DNA from: Octopus bimaculoides
Lineage: Eukaryota
Direction: 5' to 3'
DNA length: 45,821 bases
NCBI RefSeq assembly: GCF_001194135.2
Contig: NC_068981.1
Coordinates: 118,976,036 to 119,021,856 of the forward strand
Shown here one piece after another: positions 36,620 through 45,821 of this stretch. The notes below the pieces were generated by a model, which ran no database searches, was not told the DNA's origin, and saw only the letters and a list, made by a program, of their open reading frames with translations. Both the position numbers and the translations under genes were made by a program. Position 1 is the first letter of the stretch. Each line of letters opens with the position of its first letter.

Positions 36620-38336
36620 CTTCTGTATTTAATCATTTAAATTCATCTGGAGAAGGAGCTGGTTTCTAACAAGGATAAAAGCTCCATCATATGAATGTAG
36701 ATAAAAAAAAACAATGTCACATTTTAATCCGGAGAAAAGTCTTGCATAATATTACTGTTCCATTTATGGATTGTATTTATAATCTGCGAATTAGATGGTT
36801 GATCTCTTTTCCTGAAAATCCAAGCTTATCCAGACTGACAGTTTGGCATTCATTTACAAAACCAAGTGCTCCAATTAGTATTGGTATAAACGTAAATTTG
36901 TAATCCAGATATAGAAGCTGAAAGTTTCGAAGCAGTTGTCGATAGTTATCTTTACACCAGCAGAGATATTTACATCAGCAGAACAGTTGACCTCATCCAG
37001 CCTGTTATGTTTACACTTGACAGATATTTTGATGGGAATGTTCCACCAGTATTCCTTGTACTGATATTTGTGTACGTATTCAATAACAGGAGGATTTTCT
37101 ATGTTTATTCCAGTCCGAATGGCATTGTATATTATTTTTGCGACAATGTCTTATCGTTTAGGGAGGTAGTACCTTGATGACATTTTTGGGCAGCTGCTAA
37201 TCACATGCGTGATGTCTTCCACCCTAACCCTAACCCTAATCTACATTTTCGATTGTATCTTGGAACTCCAAGGACTTGACTTCACTGTCTTTTTTGTTGA
37301 TTAGGTATTCAGTAGCAATCTCCTGTTCTTAGGTTGCAAATGCTTGGCTTCGAAGTGTGATGTAGCGGTCACGAAAACAAGAGAGGCTTCGTTTCATGCC
37401 AATGATGCCAATGTTATCTTCTTCGAGTCTACGAGAAACATACCCATACATGGTCTTCTTTTTTTTTTTTCTTTTTGGTATGCTGAGCGTTTCACTTCCA
37501 GGTCTTCTCTGAGGTATGCTTGCCCTGCTGATTTGGGTTTGTTTAGAAAGTCATCACGTAGGATATTGTTTTTCAGCACAAAGTTAATGTATTTATTTTG
37601 AGTGTTTTTGTTTAACAAGTGCTGTCTGAGAGACTATGCAATATTCCAAGGCTATGTGCACTGATCTCAATCTCCTACCTCCTTTATCTCTTCTTAGGTA
37701 GAGCTTGTCGATATCACTATTTTTGTTGAGATTTCCAGCTGACGTTAGAATCTTGCGGGTTTTAATGTCTATGAGTGGATTTCTTCTGAAAACCAGTCAA
37801 ATACCCCAAATGTTGGAATCAGCACTGGTATTACAAATGCATTGTAGGATATTGTCTTGTAAGAGGAGAGTTCGAACTGCCATATTTTTCTTAGTCTGGT
37901 GTAATATTCATGGATCACTCTATCTTTATTCACAGTAGCTTGGTATGATATGCTTTCATCAATGCCAAGATACGTGTAGCCTTCTTTGTGTGGGACAGGA
38001 GAGATAGTGAGACCATCGGTGCACAGGTTTTGTATCTGGTGGACTGATGTTCCTCGTTCAACAATCAAATGAGAACATTTCTTCTGGCCAAATTGCATTC
38101 TTCTGTCAGCTGAAAATGTTATTAATTCCAGTTGGCTTTTGCTGTTTATTACATAAACTTTTTTAGCCTAAATCTAAAAGAAATTATGGGTTACATTAAT
38201 ATTTCTTGCAGTTGCAGACCCTAACATGTAGTCATTTGTTTTTTGTAGCGGGAATGATAATGAGCTTAACGCCAAAATGAACAGAAGTGCAGAGAGACTA
38301 TCTCCCTGGATTATTCTCTTTGATATATTTAAGGCA
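36620..38336 (-). mobile_element. 5'-truncated R4-like RLE LINE, copy B
   Basis: IIQGDSLSALLFILAL, YTYLGIDE, EYYTRLRKIW..ELSSY, EDITHVISSCPKMSSRYYLP, KCKHNR, FTFIPILIGALG and CKTFLRIKM-stop. Confidence 0.9.
37222..37239 (-). repeat. Interstitial telomeric tract (TTAGGG)3
   Basis: ccctaa x3, located inside the zinc-knuckle coding region of LINE copy B. Confidence 0.85.
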
Positions 38337-38360
38337 TATGTATGTATGTATGTATGTATG

Positions 38361-40495
38361 TCCTCTTTCTCTTTTTAATTTAGAGCAAATTTTGACTGAC
38401 CACCGACTTGGTAGTAAGGTTGTGAAGGAAAGTATTTTGTTTTAGCCGTCAACCTTTAAATTTTAAGAAGGTCTTGCAGATTTTTATAGTCTCATACATC
38501 GTGATCGTTTGTAGCATATGAATTGAGGATTTGCATTCTCTCCTCAAGATTCCAAGTTCAGCCATACTTTGCTCCAGACAGGTTGACATGTATCATGTTA
38601 TTCTAGTTATAATGCGTTTGAAGCTGAAAGTGTATCTTGGGTACTGGATTTGAAAGCTCCTTATCAATGGTCTATAGATATCCTCTTTCTCTTTGCGGTT
38701 TTCTAACGGTATTCGTGCCCAGGGAGAAGCTGATTTCTACGACAGAACATATCTTTTCTTTGTGGTTGTACACAGTGATATCTGGCCGGTTGTGTTTTAA
38801 CTTGGTGGCTGTTTTAATTTTCAAGCTCCACCAGTACATTTTTTTTATCCATCGGTAACTTTGTCTGAAGGTATTCTCTTTTTTTTATTCTATCCCAGCC
38901 TATTCTGGCCACCGTATCATGCCTTATGGGAAGATAGTATCTGGAAAACATTCTTTTACAGTTGGCAATCATGTGGTTGAGGTCTTCAGTCTTGCTCTTG
39001 TACAGCCTGCATTTGTTGTCTATCAACGTTTTCTGCTTTTTATAATGTAGGTGGGGATCTCTTGTCCTTGGATTGAATTGATGTAGCCTTCAAAGTAGGA
39101 TGTCATAAACTTGTCGGCACTCCATGCCAAGCTTTTGACATGATCAGTCCCTCCCGTGGTTTATACTTTTCGTGCCAAGTATCCATGTACTACCTTCTCA
39201 GTGAACTGGCTCATATTTTTATTTTGTTCTTTTGATAAATGGCTTTTACCAATGCTTTTTGCTCCTTGGGGAGAGATCTGTATCAGCTCTTATTTCATAC
39301 CTCTCCTAAACTTCATTAGCTGTCTTTAATTATATTGTTAGTTTCATGGCCACAAACTTGGGCAAAATAGATACTGGTCTCTTTCCTCTGCTACAGATGT
39401 TGTTTCAGTGTCAAAATACGTGCTTCATATGATATTAGTACAAATATAAAATCACAGCCACCTTCCTTGCATGGGAAGTATAGCCTGTCTACATCTCCAT
39501 TGATGCTGAAGCTTCCAGCTTGCGATTTTGAACATCTATGTCATTGAGTTCTTGTAGTGGTCAGTTCAGAAGGCCAAATATAGGCGTGAGTACAGGCACT
39601 GCAAAGGTGTTGTAGGCAATATGTTTGTTGTAAGCTGAGAGTTCAGATGACCATATTCTCTTTACGCTCCTGAGGTATTCATTTCTGGTCATCTCCTTCT
39701 TTATAGGCCCATCATATCTGACATGCTCATCTTGTCGAGATACCTATAATTGTCACCTGACTGTAGAGGTTTGTATTGTCAAGCCGTTCATTTTTAGTCT
39801 TTCAGAGAAGAGCTCAATTTTTCCATGTTTTATTGTCAAAAATGCACATTTAGACTCATCAAACTACATCCCGATGTCTGTAGAAAACTTGGTTATAAGG
39901 TTCAATTGTCTTTTATGTGGTTGATATTTGGCCCAAACAATTTCAGATCGTCAAAGAAAAGATGGGAGATACTTCTGAATCCATTTCTCTGGTCACTGTT
40001 TTGTGATAGTGGATTTAATGAGAAGACAAAGAGTAACACTGACAAACTATCAGCTGAAAGATGCTTTCTAGTAATGAATGCTATCCGACTCAATTTGCTC
40101 CTTATCACTCCTAAGAAGCAAAGTGGTGTACCAAGTTTTGATCAGGCGTTCAGTAGCACTCAGTAATGGTTGTAGTACATTATCAAAAGCCTTCTAGCAG
40201 TCCAGCACATTACGGTTAAGTCCCTGCGATTTTTTGTTTTTTTTGTTTTTGTTGTTTTTTTCTTGGATCATTTTGTTAATTGTATAAGGAGGAGATTAGT
40301 TACAGTTGATAACCATTGGGGCAGTTCGTGTATGCCCTTGATACTTTCTCCATACAGCCGTATGGGATATCGCCTATAAAAGGTGAATTTCTTCGGCTAA
40401 TAGCCTGTTATGAGGTCTGGGCCAGGGGATTTCCTGTTTGACATTTTCTGTAGTAATGTTTCCAGTATTTCACCATCTGTTTTGTTTTGTTTTGC
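38361..40495 (-). mobile_element. 5'-truncated R4-like RLE LINE, copy A (related to but distinct from copy B)
   Basis: NRKSPGPDLITGY, SLSVLLFVFSLNPLS, ISHLFFDDLKLF, EYLRSVKRIWSSELSAYNK, KCRL..KTEDLNHMIANC, RHDTVA and HNRPDITV..CSVVEIS. Confidence 0.9.
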
Positions 40496-40836
40496 TTTGT
40501 ATTGTATTGTAATGTATTGTATTGCATTGTATTATATTGTATTGTATGTATGTATGTGTGTATGTATGTATGTATGTATGTAAAGAATGGATCATAAGAT
40601 GTTTATGTAAGCCTCGCACAGAGTATCACTAAGTACTGTAGAAACTCGAATCGTGAATTCTAATTTCTTCATCGGGATTAGGTAGAAAGTCAACTATAAA
40701 AACAATCATCATCGAGTGACTATGGAAGCAGAAAGACAGACACAATAACAAGCGTAAGAACTGAATTTATAGAACTGCATTCATCACGAAAATTTTCATA
40801 TGAATACATTTCTTACATCTGTAACTGTTTGTATCC

Positions 40837-40872
<36 letters not shown>

Positions 40873-41359
40873 NNNNNNNNNNNNNNNNNNNNNNNNNNNN
40901 NNNNNNNNNNNNNNNNNNNNNNNNNNNNNNNNNNNNNNNNNNNNNNNNNNNNNNNNNNNNNNNNNNNNNNNNATATGGTTACACATACACATGTGCGTAT
41001 GTGAGTGGGTTGTGTCTAAAACAATTGAAATTGTGCAGATTAAGTAAATTTAATGATATGATCATTGGGTGTGTTAATTATATAAATCACATAATATCTC
41101 GGTTTCATTCAAGCAATTATTTTTCGTTACTTATAAAAGAAATTCTTTCTCTGAAATTGGATCAAAATCTTTGCCTTTGGGAAAATACTAATACTTAACT
41201 TCAGTTCCTCTCCCATGCGAAACTTAAAACTTAACCTTAGTGTCTGTTTACAAAAGCAATTGCATAATTTTCCACATTTTCGTGGTTAATTTCCTTTTGT
41301 GAAATAAATTTTAGATTATATACCAGATTCATGCCCCTTTTTTCTTTTTATTTTTTTTC

Positions 41360-41730
41360 AGGTCGGATAGCTAGGCTCGGGCGGTTCCTTCCATCCTCAA
41401 CTTTCTTTCCACAGTCATCTTTTTCGAAACATACTGTGCGATAGGTATCTCTTTTCCAGCCTGATCTTACTTCTGAGGGAATAGTTAAAATAATTAACTA
41501 TATCTCGACTGGAAAGAAAGGTACCTGTCGTGATCCCTTTTCGCCCATGTCCTCCATACTGTTTCTTTCAGTATGGCCACAATGCAGAAAAAACTGTCCT
41601 TCTTCTGCCTGTTAGGGGAACAGGGTGGAACAATCTTGATAATCGATTCAACCGATAGCTGTACTCTTCCTGTCTTTGAACTCAGGCCACGCACATTCAA
41701 ACAGCCGACACTAAATCCAGCCATCCAAAA
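41360..41730 (-). mobile_element. L1/Tx1-like LINE fragment (start of ORF2 APE endonuclease) with internal deletion
   Basis: MAGFSVGCLNVRGLSSK matches the APE N-terminal motif (x-LNVRGL). Confidence 0.6.
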
Positions 41731-42614
41731 GGAAAATTAGAGATTACTTACTTTTAACTAGTGACTGAGGGATTGATCTCAGAGTTTTTGAGTATCCATC
41801 CTCCTCTCTCCTCTCTCTCCTCGTCGGTCTCAGGCGGTGTGGTCTACTAGTTTTGTTATCTCACACACTTTAAAAATGTTCTCTCTTCTATCTTTTAACT
41901 GTATGTACAGTTTGTTATCAATCCTTGCATATCCACTTGTACTATATGTTTTAGACATATAGTAGAAAAACACAAAACAACCGTGCAACGTTTCAAGTAC
42001 ATGAAACGAGCGAGCGACTTATGCGAACCTTGATATAACGGCCGTCTACGACGTTAACAGAATAAAGAGACCAGACTACGAACTTATTCTTTATTTGCCC
42101 CACAGGGTAGAACACAGAGGGGACAGTACAAGGACAGACAAAGTGGGGGGAAAAAAAGAAAACGAATGAAAAAGATGGAATTGCGTGCGGACAACGTCAG
42201 GCCGCTACTATTTATATGTAGTGGTCCCGTTTATTTTCGTCAGAGGGTGTTGTATTCTCGCCACAACACCAACCATGACTGTTCCATTATATTTTCATCA
42301 TAGTGCATCTGAACTACAATCTCCAATGAATACTTTCCTAAGACGGATAGACAAAGTTTGAAAGAAATTTGACTCCTTTTTCTGATGCATCGGGAGACAG
42401 AGTAGACTTACATGTTGCCTCGTTGAAAAGATAGTTCTAGTTCAAGGAGCCAGTACTTACTTTACTGGCGCCAAGAAGTGCATGATCGCTGCAACATTTC
42501 TGCTGGAGGTAACGGTACTAACTATTCACTGACAAAGAGCATCGATTATAAATACCTGAGTACAAAATATAGATTGGCTCTTTGTTATGCATTTGTATGT
42601 AATAGATTTCGTAA

Positions 42615-42650
<36 letters not shown>

Positions 42651-43949
42651 TATANNNNNNNNNNNNNNNNNNNNNNNNNNNNNNNNNNNNNNNNNNNNNN
42701 NNNNNNNNNNNNNNNNNNNNNNNNNNNNNNNNNNNNNNNNNNNNNNNNNNNNNNNNNNNNNNNNNNNNNNNNNNNNNNNNNNNNNNNNNNNNNNNNNNNN
42801 NNNNNNNNTATTGATTTCATATATCACAAAGCAAATTTTGCATGGAAGACGTATATGTCAGGTTAATCGACATCAGAATATATTATTCAGATATTCTTCG
42901 CACATAAATTCTTCAAACAAAATCACTAAATTTGTTTATCTAATTTGCATTAATATTCAGTTTAATGGTAGTGTCCTACTTTACACAGTGAGGTCATTTT
43001 TCTTCTTTCTCCCTATCTTTATCTCTTACACTTCTCTCTTTTCTTATAGATACATACGTACGTATGTGTGCGAGTGTGTGTGTACACGTGTGTGTGTCTG
43101 TGTCTGTGTCTGTGCGTGTCTGTGTCTGTCTGTGTGTGTGCGTGTGTGTGTGTGTGCGTGTGTGTGATCGTGTGCGTGCACGAAGACTATCTTGGTAATA
43201 TTCTGGTGCCGATTCACTTGACACACCTCCGACCTTCATGTACTTTTCACGAGCCAAACTCGTCAGTATACCAATGATATTCTAATGTTAGTTAACTCCA
43301 ACTCCAGATGTCATCTGACTTTATATTTTTGACTGCCCCAGATATTAAACTCACGCCTACTAGGCTTAAAGCTCCTAATTTTCATTGCTTAATTATCCTA
43401 CGGACAGTGGGGTAGTGAATATAAGCGCTAATGTCACGTGTAGCTATTGACGTCATAAGAATTTATAAACTTCAAAAGACCGTGAAGTAAGACTTTTTCT
43501 TTTGGAACGGTGGATAGCGAAGCCGATAAAGCTACAAATAACAGCGTGTGCGTTATTATCTGTAGCATTATCTGCTTCAAGATTCACCTTTCCAAAAAGA
43601 GTTAAGTGTAGTCTATACATGAATCTGTCAATTAATATTCTTGAAATGGACAACGGAATGAGAACTATGGGTTTAATCTGAATTCCTAGGACGTTATCGA
43701 AAACGACAGGCACCTGAAGAAGGCTGGAGGATACAACTGTTGAACTTAACTCTAACAACCAAGCTGAGCATAGTAATCTGAATATGCTATTGTAAGTTTA
43801 CAATAGTTATAAGCTGTTATTTGTCATGTGACCAGGCATATGCGTAACTGATCTCTGATGAAGCAACAATGAATACCAAAACTATTACAATCAGCTCCTC
43901 TTCTGAGCAGAAAGAAAAAGAGATGGGTTTAACTAGGGTGTCTACTTTT

Positions 43950-44350
43950 AGGCATGGCTGTGTAATATGGAACCACATAGTTTTGAGTTCAATGCCACTG
44001 TACATTCACTTGGGCAAGTGTCTTCTATTATAGCCATGAGTTGAACGAAGCTTTGTGAGTGAATTTTGTAGACGAAAACTGAGTGGAAGCCCGCCGCGTG
44101 TGTGTGCTTTTGTGTGTGTGTGTGCGCGCGCGTGTGTGTGTGTCCTTCTACTACCACTTAACAACTAGCATTACTTTGTTTACATCGCCGTAATTAGCGG
44201 TTAGGGAAAAGAAAGCCGGTAGAATAAGAACCAGAATATAAAAAAATAATTACTGGGATCGATTCGTTCGACTAAAATCCTTCAAGTTCAGACAAAAGGT
44301 GTCCCAGCTTGACTGCAGACCAATGACTGCAAAAATTAAAAGATAAAAGA
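43950..44350 (+). mobile_element. SINE with an internal (GT)n tract; an inverted 3' fragment lies at ~44400-44560
   Basis: ggcatggctgtgt...cttgggcaagtgtcttctattatagcc...gtagacgaaaactgagtggaagcccg...gatcgattcgttcgactaaaatccttcaag...aaaagataaaaga. Confidence 0.7.
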
Positions 44351-45294
44351 TATGCTTTTTCTAAATGCACACTGTCGTAAAAGAGAGAAAGCGGGGAGAG
44401 AATGAGAGAAACAAACAGACAGATAAACAGACATTTTGCTTGTGGGGCACCGCCTTGAAGAATTTTTAGTCGTATGAATCGACCCCAGGATTTTTTTTTT
44501 TTAGACTGTCAAGCGGTGACGGGGGGGGACAAACACAGACACAGGAACACACACACACGCACATAAGCATATATATATATATATATATATACAATTAAAC
44601 CTTGGGAGAGGCATTATGNNNNNNNNNNNNNNNNNNNNNNNNNNNNNNNNNNNNNNNNNNNNNNNNNNNNNNNNNNNNNNNNNNNNNNNNNNNNNNNNNN
44701 NNNNNNNNNNNNNNNNNNNNNNNNNNNNNNNNNNNNNNNNNNNNNNNNNNNNNNNNNNNNNNNNNNNNNNNNNNNNNNNNNNNNNNNNNNNNNNNNNNNN
44801 NNNNNNNNNNNNNNNNNNNNNNNNNNNNNNNNNNNNNNNNNNNNNNNNNNNNNNNNNNNNNNNNNNNNNNNNNNNNNNNNNNNNNNNNNNNNNNNNNNNN
44901 NNNNNNNNNNNNNNNNNNNNNNNNNNNNNNNNNNNNNNNNNNNNNNNNNNNNNNNNNNNNNNNNNNNNNNNNNNNNNNNNNNNNNNNNNNNNNNNNNNNN
45001 NNNNNNNNNNNNNNNNNNNNNNNNNNNNNNNNNNNNNNNNNNNNNNNNNNNNNNNNNNNNNNNNNNNNNNNNNNNNNNNNNNNNNNNNNNNNNNNNNNNN
45101 NNNNNNNNNNNNNNNNNNNNNNNNNNNNNNNNNNNNNNNNNNNNNNNNNNNNNNNNNNNNNNNNNNNNNNNNNNNNNNNNNNNNNNNNNNNNNNNNNNNN
45201 NNNNNNNNNNNNNNNNNNNNNNNNNNNNNNNNNNNNNNNNNNNNNNNNNNNNNNNNNNNNNNNNNNNNNNNNNNNNNNATATACATGCCTGTGT

Positions 45295-45338
<44 letters not shown>

Positions 45339-45821
45339 TAGATAGAAAATATAAAAGATTCAGTTATGAGAAAAGTTGAATTAGAAATTAATAGTACAAA
45401 ATATTAAAGACAGCAAATTATTCTTTCACGGTAGTTGTGCAATGATTGATTTGATAATTTGCATTTTAATAGCCTTATATCTTATTAACCTGTGTGCGGC
45501 TTTTTGTCGTGTCCGATGTAGTATGGCTTCTGTTTATATGAGATTCTCTATCACATTACATCACAATACATAAATATTGCTGATTTTTGGCATTCGCTTT
45601 CCAATCATAATACTCATTGATCGAATTATTGATTACCGATTATTTCACCCTTTGCTTTTTCTTCTCGTTTTTCTATTTTTATATTTTGATAGCTAACTGA
45701 ATCTTTCAGCTGTTCGATTTGTAAAATGAACAGCACATCATAACTGCATGTATACGTACACGAATATACATATACACGCATACACACCTACATGTGTATA
45801 TGTATATATATATATATATAT

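Overview
AT-rich, repeat-dense animal genomic DNA with six assembly gaps and many microsatellites. The tRNA-derived SINE families and overall texture look like an octopus/coleoid cephalopod draft assembly (inference). I find no intact host protein-coding gene; the ORF track is almost all microsatellite, gap or decayed-transposon translation. Recognisable transposon relics are RTE, R4/Dong-type RLE, CRE-like and L1/Tx1-like LINEs, a Chapaev3-like transposon, Tigger, mariner and hAT MITEs, a Helitron-like element and many SINEs. The main unexplained structure lies between about 2.7 and 28 kb: roughly eight diverged, same-orientation copies of a non-coding cassette about 1 kb long. Read on the minus strand, the well-preserved copies have a conserved upstream block with a CRE half-site, an RFX X-box-like palindrome (perfect GTTGCCATGGCAAC in one copy), a conserved AATATCTGATTGTTC motif and a short exon-like segment ending in a CTTG|GTAA splice donor. 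This suggests a tandem array of RFX-driven alternative promoters/first exons for a gene to the left of the window. Secondary observations are two RLE LINEs stacked in a (CATA)n microsatellite, a (TTAGGG)3 tract inside a LINE zinc knuckle, a ~165-bp-arm inverted repeat and two pre-miRNA-sized hairpins. All alignments were made by eye and element boundaries are approximate.
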